Below are positions 31,901 through 41,146 of a stretch of DNA of 60,158 bases, in pieces. How positions within the stretch are numbered: position 1 is the stretch's first letter; each line of letters opens with the position of its first letter. Both the position numbers and the translations under genes were made by a program. The stretch spans positions 1 to 60,158 of the forward strand of contig JANJTJ010000001.1 in assembly GCA_024711145.1 (NCBI GenBank), written 5' to 3'. Under the pieces are notes generated by a model. The model ran no database searches, was not told where the DNA came from, and was given only the letters and a program-made list of their open reading frames with translations. Source of the stretch: Balneolales bacterium. Lineage in GTDB: Bacteria; Bacteroidota; Rhodothermia; Balneolales; HLUCCA01.

Positions 31901-32469
31901 GCACCGAGCCATCGTATGTGGATGCGGGTCGGACCCGGGTCTGGTTCCGTCGGTTCGGGTCTGATGAACCGTGGACGGAAGCGCCCGTTTCGGTAAGCAC
32001 CCCCGCACAGCCGTTTCTCGAAGGACAGATCTTCACGGCCGACCTATCCGCCGCCACACGCCTGGGCGACACCGGCATTTCGGTACGCATATTGGCCACC
32101 GAACCCGGAGGAAACCTCACGGAATTCATCTATGAACCGATGTTCGGGGTAGGAGGGTGGAAGAAAACGACCCGTAGCCCCGATGATCCAGACAACGGAA
32201 TACCGTCGCATGCGGAACTGGTGGGCGCCTATCCGAACCCGTTCAATCCGACCACGGTGATCCGGTACCGGTTGCCGGCGTTCGGGCGGGCCCGGGTGGT
32301 GGTATATGATCTGATGGGGCGCGAAGTGGCGGTACTGGCCGATGGGTACCTGCCCGCGGGTACCCATTCGGTGTCGTTCGAAGCCGTCGGATTGGCCAGC
32401 GGAATCTATATGGTCCGGTTGGTCACCGAAGCCGGAACATCGGTGCGCAAAGTGACCCTGCTGAAATAG
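28921..32469 (+). CDS. S8 (subtilisin, Vpr-like) serine peptidase with T9SS C-terminal domain
   Basis: Signal peptide AHA-Q; triad ILDSG / HGTHVAG / GTSMAAP; C-terminal YPNPFNP...LASGIY...KVTLLK. Confidence 0.92.
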   Translation: MVRTHLLAVLLATAFSISAHAQTTVQVGGRPHIPGNDTLSTRNYWVEFVEPPLFESLRQPGVAAVPDYRIRFDTFEADLAQALPEVSRRKIRTGARFHRLFTGMQVTADSIALLVIRSLPYVKAVHPDREYHTMERGVASRTGQRIRVDGTPSGRGAGVRVAILDSGVDYLHPDLAGIGGYDFVDGDADPMDLNGHGTHVAGIVRDIAPEAALYAVRVLNDRGRGLVSDILAGIEHALDPNGDGDPTDRFHIVNMSLGSDYGLPTDPTSVAVQNASAWGVLFVVAAGNAGAPFPVEGQIPGYFTDASSSVGSPAVAPAALAVGAITNDGRLAPFSGKGPVGLTFAIKPEITAPGVDIISTLPGGTYGRKSGTSMAAPHVAGMAAVLRSEHPEWEGPALKSALVQGALSLGAVPLMHQGNGQVDLIRARATTTHVVPAVLSFGMNRSLGATWTASLPFTLHNGSPAAVSYQISVSGNTGAYQVHISETAFGLDPGETKTLTATVSVNQAALPNPLADIRTLEGSVVVARSTGDPIRIPWAFSRATVLRMRHGAPYQYQLGLSDEAYFTSGPYHLYNTYVPVSATEAEAYGLAPGSYLMATVYPDAGEGPAVVVHTGFELPLQGAEWEAGPEEARHTVEFAATDTEGRALADYTDQSQQVLALFPEGAWLNIFNRNRGGRIRLSDLSAGTQVLAQHSAYEPGLQPRYTTYQFPVREGVWGDIRYGNPPGDPVSVQLRHRVPAGSATATLLIRPYLMKSTDAGDTEYGATHHLAEVPVTEGATSLRVTMGARNHETWFQSVSVDRVQEERPEYYRILMEGPDLTRVGGRIVPSLPVTASGMLLSYGQGDTIRLGHTPVSPLLRTANGYFGNRSAQFEFGIRGQNREWYFGDEMAGTWKYVDPEGAVLHSGNLRDIRPMLELPDGRNRLEAEFTGHVVVEQVAGTRARVEFDNRNPNRDAPFIGSVYLTDGAGRPAERFAADAPVVVRFTARRLPFPGTEPSYVDAGRTRVWFRRFGSDEPWTEAPVSVSTPAQPFLEGQIFTADLSAATRLGDTGISVRILATEPGGNLTEFIYEPMFGVGGWKKTTRSPDDPDNGIPSHAELVGAYPNPFNPTTVIRYRLPAFGRARVVVYDLMGREVAVLADGYLPAGTHSVSFEAVGLASGIYMVRLVTEAGTSVRKVTLLK

Positions 32470-32551
32470 GTACCTGCCGTTTCATCCGGGGAAACTATCT
32501 TCGGTCGCCCGAGCGTTATGCCCGGACCCGAACAAAACCGAAGGTGTCGAT

Positions 32552-33442
32552 ATGCATTCATCCAGACGGAATTTTCTGAAAACGGCCGCTTTGTTCGCGG
32601 CCGCCAGCGCCTTGCCGCTACCCAGATTGTGGGCCCAGAGTGCGGGTCGGTTCACCGCGTTGCGCCGCAACGTGGGCATCTACACGAACAGCGGGGGCAC
32701 CATCGGATGGATGGTGAATCGGGACGCCACCGTGGTGGTCGATTCCCAGTTTCCCGAAAATGCCGCCGACTGCCTGAAAGGTCTGACGGAGCGGCGCGAA
32801 GCCCAGGTGGATGCCCTATTCAACACGCATCACCATGGGGACCACACCGGTGGCAACGCGGCCATCAACGCCAGAAAGATCGTGGCGCACAAAGGTGTGC
32901 CCGACCTGCAGCGGGCGGCCGGCAACCCCCGGGGCGAAGTGGTTACCGCCACGGCCGTTTTCGAGAACACCTGGTCTGAAAACTATGGCGACGAACGGGT
33001 TACGGCCCGCCACCTCTACGATGCCCATACCTCGGCCGACAGCATCGTGCATTTCGAGAAAGCCAACGTGGCCCACATGGGCGACCTGGTCTTCAACCGG
33101 GTGTATCCGTTCATCGACCAGGCCTCGGGCGCATCGGTACGCGGATGGATCCGCACGTTGGAGACGGCCGCCGCCGATTTCGATGCGGACACCCTCTATG
33201 TGTTCGGCCACGGGCAACCGTCGTTCGGCATGACCGGCTCGAAGGAAGACGTGCTGCACTTCCGTGATTTCCTGTCGGCGTTGTATGCCACCGCCGAACG
33301 GGGCGTGAAAGCCGGCCGCTCCAAAGAGGAAGTGACCAGCCTGATGACCCTGCCGGGGTTCGAGGACTATGTGAGTTTCGGACCGCGCTTGTCGCTGGCG
33401 GCCAACCTGGGCGTGGCTTACGACGAAGCCGCCGGTCAATGA
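32552..33442 (+). CDS. Tat-exported MBL-fold metallo-hydrolase (cyclase-like)
   Basis: SRRNFLK twin-arginine signal, THHHGDHTGGN, AHT..D, HMGDL, GHG. Confidence 0.88.
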   Translation: MHSSRRNFLKTAALFAAASALPLPRLWAQSAGRFTALRRNVGIYTNSGGTIGWMVNRDATVVVDSQFPENAADCLKGLTERREAQVDALFNTHHHGDHTGGNAAINARKIVAHKGVPDLQRAAGNPRGEVVTATAVFENTWSENYGDERVTARHLYDAHTSADSIVHFEKANVAHMGDLVFNRVYPFIDQASGASVRGWIRTLETAAADFDADTLYVFGHGQPSFGMTGSKEDVLHFRDFLSALYATAERGVKAGRSKEEVTSLMTLPGFEDYVSFGPRLSLAANLGVAYDEAAGQ

Positions 33443-35100
33443 CCGGCTGAAGCCCCGTACCCGCGCGGGTCGGCTGCGCCCACCCGCGCGCCATCGGCCC
33501 GCACGAAAATGAAGTGCGCCCGGGAGGTCGGCCCTGCGGTCTCGACCACCCGGTGCCCCATGCCTTCCAACCGGGCCGCCACGGCCGGCGGAATCCATCC
33601 CGGATCGGCCGAGATCCGGTCGGGCAGATGTTGGTGATGGAACCGGGGTGCCGCTACGGCCGCTTCGGCATCCATCCCGAAAACGGCCCCGTTCAGATAC
33701 CCGTGCAATACGGCCGTGATGATGCGGGGGCCGCCGGCCGCACCGAGCACCATGCGGATGTGTCCGTCGCGGGCCACGATGGTAGGTACCATGCTGCTGA
33801 GCATGCGTTTGCCGGGTGCGATGGCGTTGGCTTCGCCCATTACCAGCCCGAACATGTTGGGTGCGCCGGGTTTGGCGGTGAAATCGTCCATCTCGTTGTT
33901 CAACAGGAACCCGGCTCCCCGTACTTCCGCGAAGCCGCCGAAGGTGCCGTTGAGGGTGGTGGTTATGCCGACGGCCATGCCGTCGCGGTCCACCACGGAG
34001 AAATGGGTGGTCTCGGGCGACTCGTACGCCGGTGCGTCGCCGGCACCGACCTGGGAGCTGGGTGTGGCGGCGCCCGGGTTGAAGCCGGCCCACCGGTCTT
34101 TCAGGTAGTCGGCGTGCACCAGGCCGGCCATGGGCACCCCCACGAAATCGGGGTCGCCCAACCACCGGTTGCGGTCGGCGAAGGCGCGGCGTTGGGCTTC
34201 GGCCATGAGGTGCAGGAATTCGGCCGAGGCGGGCCCCATGCCGGCCAGGTCGTAGGGTTCCAGGAATTTCAGGACCTGGGTGAGTACCAACGAGCCGCTG
34301 CTGGGCAGCGGCATCATCCAGATGTCGTCGCCGCGGAAGGTGGTGTGCGCCGGTTGGCGCCAAACCGGCTGGTAGGCGGACAGATCCGCCTCGGTGATGC
34401 GCCCGCCCAACCGCTGCATGGTGGCGATGATGTGGGCGGCGGTTTCGCCCTGGTAGAAGCCCGCCGGGCCCCGTTCGGCAATGCGTTCCAAGGTGGTGGC
34501 CAGGTCGGGTTGGCGGAAGAGGTCGCCGGTTTCCCAGATCGAATCGCCCGGGGCGATGAACCCGGTGGAACCGAAACGGGCGAAATACCTGCGGTTGCCG
34601 TTCAAACCGGCCGCCAGCTCCCGCGGCATCGCAAAGCCGTCGCGGGCGGCGGTGATGGCCGGCGCCAGCAGTTCCGCCCAGGGCCGTGTGCCGTGTTTCC
34701 GGTGGAAAGCCCATACGCCGGCCACCGAACCCGGCACTCCGGCCGCCAAGGCACCGAGTTGGCTCATGTCCGGGTCGTGCTCGCCGGCCGCATCCAGGTA
34801 CATGTCGCGATGGGCGGCGGCCGGCGCTTTCTCGCGGAAATCCAACGCCTCCACGTCGCCTTCGGCCGTGCGCACCAGATAGAAACCGCCACCACCCAGG
34901 TTGCCGGCTTGCGGATAGGTGACCGCCAGCATGAAGAAGGTGGTGACGGCCGCATCGGCGGCATTGCCCCCGGCCCGCAATACGGCGGCACCGGCTTCGG
35001 AAGCCAAAGGCTCGGCACTGCTCACCACCCCGTGGGGAAACGGTTGTGCGGCCAGGCTACCGGTGAGCAGCAGTAGGGCAAGTACGGTTCTAATAATCAT
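33436..35100 (-). CDS. ggt: Gamma-glutamyltransferase
   Basis: GGNAADAA, DFREKAP, ETTHFSVVD, LNNEMDDF, PGKRMLSSM, GAADPR. Confidence 0.95.
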   Translation of the reverse strand: MIIRTVLALLLLTGSLAAQPFPHGVVSSAEPLASEAGAAVLRAGGNAADAAVTTFFMLAVTYPQAGNLGGGGFYLVRTAEGDVEALDFREKAPAAAHRDMYLDAAGEHDPDMSQLGALAAGVPGSVAGVWAFHRKHGTRPWAELLAPAITAARDGFAMPRELAAGLNGNRRYFARFGSTGFIAPGDSIWETGDLFRQPDLATTLERIAERGPAGFYQGETAAHIIATMQRLGGRITEADLSAYQPVWRQPAHTTFRGDDIWMMPLPSSGSLVLTQVLKFLEPYDLAGMGPASAEFLHLMAEAQRRAFADRNRWLGDPDFVGVPMAGLVHADYLKDRWAGFNPGAATPSSQVGAGDAPAYESPETTHFSVVDRDGMAVGITTTLNGTFGGFAEVRGAGFLLNNEMDDFTAKPGAPNMFGLVMGEANAIAPGKRMLSSMVPTIVARDGHIRMVLGAAGGPRIITAVLHGYLNGAVFGMDAEAAVAAPRFHHQHLPDRISADPGWIPPAVAARLEGMGHRVVETAGPTSRAHFIFVRADGARVGAADPRGYGASAGH

Positions 35101-38100
35101 ATTTCCATTGGATGTCGATCCCCGTCTTCCGTGAATCGGAGCCGGTGATCACCAGGTTGAGATTTTGCCGAAGGGCGTATTCGAAGATGATCTGGCTGCC
35201 GGTGGTGTTGCCCAGTTCCTGCAATATGGCCACGAACAGGCGGTCGTTCACATATTTGCCCGCCCGGATGGTGGTTCCGGTTCCCCCTCCCGACCGGGTG
35301 TTGTCGATCTGCACCACATCCAGTCCCAGGCGGCGGGCGGCCATGTCGCCCACGCGGTCGCCCAGAAGGTCCAGGGCCGGGTTGCCCGTACCCGAAGCGC
35401 CCGATAGGGTCTGCTCCAATCCGCTCAAGGCGTTGAAGGGTCTGCTGAACAGGGTATAGCTGATGATGTCTTGCAGTTCCATCTCGGGGTCGCTCTCGTA
35501 CCGGAACCCCGGTTCCTCCAGCGACCCTCCGATCACATACCAGATGCGCACATCGGACGGTTGACGCAGGGCGTACAGTGCCCGGATGTCGAGTTCCGGG
35601 TTTTCCGGGTCGCCATCGAACTGGGCGTTGCCCCGTTCCAACACGAAGGGTTTGCCCAGCTGGGTCACGGTGCCCCTCGAGGTGCCCATGGAGCCGAAAA
35701 GCATGAGGGGGCCGCCCACATCTTTGACCAGGTCCAGCTCGCCATCCAATTCCAGGTCCATCTCGGGGCCGCTCCGGTTGAGCACATGGAACCCGCCATC
35801 GGTGGTGAGGCGCATCTCCAGGCGGGTACGGTCGAAGAGGTCGGTACTGTCGGCTGTTTCGCCCTCCAGGGTGATGTCTTCCACGGAGCCGGCGCCGAAT
35901 TCGTCCAGTTGGAAGCGGCCCCGCTCCAGATCCACGATTCCGGTGAGTACGGGTGCCCCCCAGGTGCCGCTGAGGCGGGCATCCAGATTCACGAAGGCCT
36001 GGGCCTGCCGCGTGTTGGCGGCTTGGAAACGCTGGGCGCGGATGCGGATGGCGACGGTGTCGGTTGTCGCGCCGGATATGCCGATGGCGCCTTGGGCGGT
36101 GAGCTCGCCGTTGCTGACGGCGCGGAACCGGCTCAGCCGGATCCGGCCGGGTTCGAAATCCAGCTCGGCGCTGATGTCCTGCACGGTAATACCGGCCTGC
36201 ACGAGCTGCAGGGAGGCGCGGGATAACCGTGTGGTGCCGGTCAGCACGGGTGTTTCCATGGTGCCGCCGATGCGCAGGTCGGCGTCCAACCGGCCGGCCG
36301 GTTGGCGTACCACGGCCGGATCGGTGAACGCGGCCGCACTCCGAAGGTCGAAATCGGTGGTGGTCAGGCGTAGGTCCAGATTGCCGGTCTGCATGTCCGG
36401 CCCGAAGGGGATGGTGCCCCCGAGGACGGCCGCTTTCTGGCCCGAACTCATCCAAACGCCGTTCAGGGCCAGGCGGTCGGTACGGGGATCGCCCTGCCAT
36501 CCGATGCCAATGGAATCGACCGGTACGCCACCCAGGCGCGAAGCGGTGAGGGCGCCGGACCCGGATATGCGCGGTTCGGCCGCCGTGCCGTCCAGGCGGG
36601 CAGCCATGCGGAAAACGCCGGGTATGGGGTCGTAACCGAACGATTGGAACAGGGCCGCGGCCGAATCGAGCGGGAAGGGTTCGACCAGCAGCTGGCCGCT
36701 GAGGGATTCGGGACCCGCCTCCAGCGGATAGGGGAGGTCGGCCGCGAGGGTGAGCCAGGTGCTGCCATGGCGGATCCCGTTGGCGGATAGGGTGATGCGG
36801 TGGTCGTCGAGGCGGGCGGCGGCATCGAGATGGTCGAGCGCGAAATTCCGGATGGACAGCTTCTCGAAACGGAGGTCGGCATCGGCGCGGAGCGAATCGC
36901 CGGCGGAGGCGAGCCGGAACCGGGCGTGCAGGCGCCCGGAAGCGGGGGTATCGTCGCCGGCCAGGTGCAGGAGCGTGCGTACGTCGCCACTGCGGATGGC
37001 GCCTTCCGCTTCGAGCCGCCCGCCGATCATGCGGCCGGAAACCCATACCTGGGCATCCGATTCGCCGGCCAATACGAGCGAATCCAGGCTGGATGCCTCG
37101 GGAGCATGGCGGATGGTGAAGGCATGGGCTAGATCGTAGGCATGCCCGTCGAGCCGGAGGTCGAGGCGGTCGCCCCGGATGATGTGGGTGGCATTGCGGA
37201 AGCCGCCGCGACCGGCAAGTTCCAGTTTCTGGATGATGCGGCCTTGGTAGCGGATCATGTCGGCGGTGGTCTCGAGCCGATAGGTGAGCGAATCGGCCAC
37301 CCAGCCGTCGATGGCTCCGGACAGCCGGTCGAGATGGAGTTGATCGTACACGATGTCGTCGAACCGCCAACGGGCCGTTACCTGCTGCCCGGCCGGCGTG
37401 GGAGCCAGAGAGGCGGTCAGCGAACCGGTGGCTTCGAGCCGGTCGGCCCCGACGAGCACGGCCAACGGATGCGGATCCTTGAGGGTGAGGTCGATCTGGA
37501 GCAGATTGCCGACATGCAGGGGGTCGGCGAGGTTGCGCACTCCCGAGAAGCCGGCATCGGCGATGTCGCTCCGCAGAAAGCCGGGCAGAAGTACGAGCTG
37601 TCCGTTCCGGAAGGAGAATGGGGCATGAAGGGAATCGAGGGTGGAACCGTTGAGGTCGGAAATGCCCAGGCGGGCGGCGCCGTCGAAAGCCCATGAACCG
37701 GACCGGCTGTTGCCGGCCACCTCGAGGCGGCCGTTGAGGATGGTGGGAAACGGTTCGAAGCCTTCGATACCGGCCAGGTTGAACCGGACGAGATCCACGG
37801 CGGCGGTGAAGGGGGTGCCGGCGTCGTCGAAATGCCAGGAAGCGGTGATGGGAGTCGGATTGCGGCGCAGGGTCAGGGCGCCCGTGAGCCGGAGGACCCG
37901 GTTGCTGACGGTGGTGGCCAGGGTCAGGTCGCGGATGGATTGGGAGTCGATGCGGCTGTCGTGGAGGCGGAAGGAAGCGGCCCAGGAGTCGTCGGGCCGA
38001 AGGCCGGCGCCGCAGGCGTCGAAGCGGAAGCTGAGGTCGGTGGACGGCGCCGGCCCGGTGAGGAAAGCGCCGGCGTCGAGGCCGGCGGCCGAGAGGGAGG

Positions 38101-39238
38101 CGGCCCAGGCCGGCCGATCCCCGAAGGGGTCGGCCGCCGAGAGGCTGGCGCGCACGGTGTGCGCGCCAGCCCGTGCCGTGAAGGGCGCCGTGAGGCGCCC
38201 TTCACGCAGGGTGGCGTCGCCGGCCAGGCGGTCCACCCGCCAACCGGCACCGCGCAGGCCGGCGACGCTCCAGGCCGCCTCGCCCTCGGACCGGGCGATG
38301 CTGTCGAGGCGCAGGGCGCCGCGGAAGTCGGCGCCGGCTTGACGCCAAGCCGGCAGGCCCGCCAAGGCGGGCAGGGAATCGGGGCGCACGGCGCCGGTAA
38401 CCAGCCGAAGCCCGGTTACGGTCGGCGCTCCGGCCATGGACCCCTCCAGGTCCACCACCACGTTCCGCGCGCCGGGCGCCGACACCCGCACGCCCAGCCG
38501 CAGCTCCGACATCGGCCCGGTGAGGTCGGCATCCAACGTGATGGTGCCATCCCACAAGGCCGCGGCGGCCAGGTCCAACCGCTCCTCATGCCGGTTCCAC
38601 CAACCGGTGGCTTCGAAGGCGTTCCGCCCGAATGCCACCACCAACCGCTCCAAGGTCATCAGTCCCCGGTCTTCGCTGCCGGCCGCGGATACCGAAACGG
38701 ACGCCATCCGGAACCGAAGATCCCGGATCTCTCCCCAAGGAACGGCATCCACATAGCTGCCGGCACCATCGAAATGCAGATCACGCACCGAACGGAGGCT
38801 GTCGGGCAAGGCATCCACCCCGGTCAGGGTGGCCGAACCCCGGCGTATGGTGACCGAACGGATGTCGAGGTCTACCGGCAAGGGCTCCATGGCGGCGGTA
38901 TCGGTCGGGGTGGCCACATACCGATAGATCACGTCCAACCCGGCAAAGGCCATGGTATCCACCCGCACGGTTCCGCCGATCAGGGGCCACAGCCGGTAGC
39001 GCACCTTCAGGGTGTCTATGGTCACGGTGAGGGTGGAATCGGCATATCGCACCTCGGTGAGCACGAATCCATGCGCCAGGTCGCCGGTGAATCGGCCGAT
39101 CTCGAGACCCGGCACCGACCCGGTTGCCAAAGAGCCGACCCAGTTCCTCACACGGTCGGTATCGAGCAGCAGGCGGACGGCCACGGCCAGCAGCAGCAAC
39201 ACGCCCAGGGTCCACAGCAGAAGGGTCCGGATGCGCAT
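35090..39238 (-). CDS. tamB: Translocation/assembly module TamB domain protein
   Basis: N-terminal anchor, long beta-rich body, DUF490-like C-terminus (FDGDPENPELDIRA, AGKYV, GIDIQWKYDY), adjacent to an Omp85 gene. Confidence 0.85.
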   Translation of the reverse strand: MRIRTLLLWTLGVLLLLAVAVRLLLDTDRVRNWVGSLATGSVPGLEIGRFTGDLAHGFVLTEVRYADSTLTVTIDTLKVRYRLWPLIGGTVRVDTMAFAGLDVIYRYVATPTDTAAMEPLPVDLDIRSVTIRRGSATLTGVDALPDSLRSVRDLHFDGAGSYVDAVPWGEIRDLRFRMASVSVSAAGSEDRGLMTLERLVVAFGRNAFEATGWWNRHEERLDLAAAALWDGTITLDADLTGPMSELRLGVRVSAPGARNVVVDLEGSMAGAPTVTGLRLVTGAVRPDSLPALAGLPAWRQAGADFRGALRLDSIARSEGEAAWSVAGLRGAGWRVDRLAGDATLREGRLTAPFTARAGAHTVRASLSAADPFGDRPAWAASLSAAGLDAGAFLTGPAPSTDLSFRFDACGAGLRPDDSWAASFRLHDSRIDSQSIRDLTLATTVSNRVLRLTGALTLRRNPTPITASWHFDDAGTPFTAAVDLVRFNLAGIEGFEPFPTILNGRLEVAGNSRSGSWAFDGAARLGISDLNGSTLDSLHAPFSFRNGQLVLLPGFLRSDIADAGFSGVRNLADPLHVGNLLQIDLTLKDPHPLAVLVGADRLEATGSLTASLAPTPAGQQVTARWRFDDIVYDQLHLDRLSGAIDGWVADSLTYRLETTADMIRYQGRIIQKLELAGRGGFRNATHIIRGDRLDLRLDGHAYDLAHAFTIRHAPEASSLDSLVLAGESDAQVWVSGRMIGGRLEAEGAIRSGDVRTLLHLAGDDTPASGRLHARFRLASAGDSLRADADLRFEKLSIRNFALDHLDAAARLDDHRITLSANGIRHGSTWLTLAADLPYPLEAGPESLSGQLLVEPFPLDSAAALFQSFGYDPIPGVFRMAARLDGTAAEPRISGSGALTASRLGGVPVDSIGIGWQGDPRTDRLALNGVWMSSGQKAAVLGGTIPFGPDMQTGNLDLRLTTTDFDLRSAAAFTDPAVVRQPAGRLDADLRIGGTMETPVLTGTTRLSRASLQLVQAGITVQDISAELDFEPGRIRLSRFRAVSNGELTAQGAIGISGATTDTVAIRIRAQRFQAANTRQAQAFVNLDARLSGTWGAPVLTGIVDLERGRFQLDEFGAGSVEDITLEGETADSTDLFDRTRLEMRLTTDGGFHVLNRSGPEMDLELDGELDLVKDVGGPLMLFGSMGTSRGTVTQLGKPFVLERGNAQFDGDPENPELDIRALYALRQPSDVRIWYVIGGSLEEPGFRYESDPEMELQDIISYTLFSRPFNALSGLEQTLSGASGTGNPALDLLGDRVGDMAARRLGLDVVQIDNTRSGGGTGTTIRAGKYVNDRLFVAILQELGNTTGSQIIFEYALRQNLNLVITGSDSRKTGIDIQWKYDY

Positions 39239-39239
39239 G

Positions 39240-41099
39240 TCAGAAGGGGTTCCCGATGCTGAAGTGGATGCCCCATCGGCCGAGGGGGCCGTCGGTCTCG
39301 CCCGGACCCGGATTCAACTTGTACCCCACATCCAGCCGCACGGGGCCTACCGGAGAGCGGTAGCTGAGGCCGGCGCCGGCCGCATACCGTAGGTCCCGAA
39401 CGCCCGATTGGTCGAGGCGGCGCCAGACCTGGCCTCCATCGAAAAAGACCCCGAAACCGATGCCGTTCACCAGATTGTCGAGTTCCTGCCGCCATTCGGT
39501 GTTGAAAGTGAGCACGGCGCGGCCGCCTTCGGGTACGGGGCCATCCACCGTCTGGCGTTTCGGGCCCAGTTCCCAACGCCCGTAGCCCCGCACGCTGGAG
39601 GTGCCGCCGGCATAAAACCGCACGTTGGAGGGTAGTTCGTCGATTTCGGCGGCGAACAGGGCACCGGTTTCCACCCGAAGCGCGAGCTGGGTGGTGCGGT
39701 TCAGGTTCACATATCGCCGCACCTCCATGCGCACCTTGTGGTATTCCACCGAGCCCATGCCGAACAGGCCCGACCATTCATAGAACGGGCGGATGGCCCA
39801 CCCTTCGTTGCGTTCCACCAGGGTGCGTTGGTAATAACCCGACAGTTGCACGGCCGATTGGTTGTACAACTGGGTGGTGTCTTCCAGCGCCACGGATGAG
39901 CTACGTACTTCCCGGTTTTGGGAGATCTCATAGCTGGCGGTGGCGGCCAGGTCCTGGTTGTACCGGTAGATCAGGCTGTTGGTGCTGCCCGCACGGTACA
40001 GGATGAAGGCCTCTTCCACCCGGCGTTGCCCGAACGGAGATACCAGAAAACTGCTGCTGGTATTGAAGGCGTAGGGAATGAGGTAGTCCAGGTTGAGGCG
40101 TTGCTCCAGGTAGGACGCCCGTGCCGAGGTGCTCAGGCTGTGCGCGTTCCCGAACGGGTTGCGGTGGGTCCAGGAAAGCTGCGCCCGGGCATATTCCTCG
40201 TTGCCCAACCCCACCTGCGCCCGGATGCTGCGCAAAGGGAATTCCCGAACCCGGACCACGAGATCCACGGTGGTGTCGGCCGGTTGGTCCGGAATGGCTA
40301 CCGTGGCGAACCGGAACAGATGGTGCGAGAAGAGTTCGCGCTGGGCACGGGCCATGGCCCGTTTGGAAAACCTGGTACCGGTCCGCAACCCGGATTCGCG
40401 GATCACGAGCCGGTCCGGTACCGACACGTTGCCCTCGGTATGCACGGTCCCGATCATGGCGATGGGCCCCGGTTCCATGCGCAGAAACACGTGGGCTTCG
40501 CTGCGGGCGGTATCCACACGGGCATCCACCCGCACCACCCCGAACGCATGGCCGGTGTTCTGCAGATATTCGACCAGGGCGGTTTCGGTGTCGGGCAGGA
40601 GCAAGGGCTCGTAGCGCCGGTTCACCCGCAAGGGCAGCCGGGCCAGCCGCCGCTGGAACCCGCGATCCAAGGCGAAAGCGGGGATGGAATCGGCCGGAAG
40701 GAAGACGGGTTCGACCGAAACCACGCGGATGGGCCGGCCCTCGCTGATGCGGAAACGGATTTCCCGCTTCCAGGGGTGTTCCGATATCACCGTCGGTGTG
40801 ATGCGCACATCCGGAAACCCGCGGCGTTGGTAGAACCGGTTGAGGCGCACCACGTCGCGCCTCAATTCGATCTCATCGAAATATTGGCCGGTATGCCTCC
40901 AGAAGGTGGCGCGTTGGCCCCAGGTACGGCTTCGGGCCATCACCACTTCCCGCAATTCCCGGTCGGAGAAGGTCTCGTTCCCGTCGAACCGGACCTTATG
41001 GATGCGAAGATTCGATTCCTGGCCGGCTGCGGCGGTAGGCAACCAAACAAGGATTGCCACCACAATGGCATACAGCCTAATATGGGAGGGGCTTCGCAT
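39240..41099 (-). CDS. tamA: Omp85 family (TamA/BamA-like) outer-membrane protein
   Basis: POTRA domains (FDGNETFS, FYQRRGF), RFYAGG..SVRGY, SPVGPVRLD, IHFSIGNPF. Confidence 0.85.
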   Translation of the reverse strand: MRSPSHIRLYAIVVAILVWLPTAAAGQESNLRIHKVRFDGNETFSDRELREVVMARSRTWGQRATFWRHTGQYFDEIELRRDVVRLNRFYQRRGFPDVRITPTVISEHPWKREIRFRISEGRPIRVVSVEPVFLPADSIPAFALDRGFQRRLARLPLRVNRRYEPLLLPDTETALVEYLQNTGHAFGVVRVDARVDTARSEAHVFLRMEPGPIAMIGTVHTEGNVSVPDRLVIRESGLRTGTRFSKRAMARAQRELFSHHLFRFATVAIPDQPADTTVDLVVRVREFPLRSIRAQVGLGNEEYARAQLSWTHRNPFGNAHSLSTSARASYLEQRLNLDYLIPYAFNTSSSFLVSPFGQRRVEEAFILYRAGSTNSLIYRYNQDLAATASYEISQNREVRSSSVALEDTTQLYNQSAVQLSGYYQRTLVERNEGWAIRPFYEWSGLFGMGSVEYHKVRMEVRRYVNLNRTTQLALRVETGALFAAEIDELPSNVRFYAGGTSSVRGYGRWELGPKRQTVDGPVPEGGRAVLTFNTEWRQELDNLVNGIGFGVFFDGGQVWRRLDQSGVRDLRYAAGAGLSYRSPVGPVRLDVGYKLNPGPGETDGPLGRWGIHFSIGNPF

Positions 41100-41146
41100 G
41101 GTGCGAAAATACCACCCCCGACTCAACCGCTTGGTATGGATGTCTG

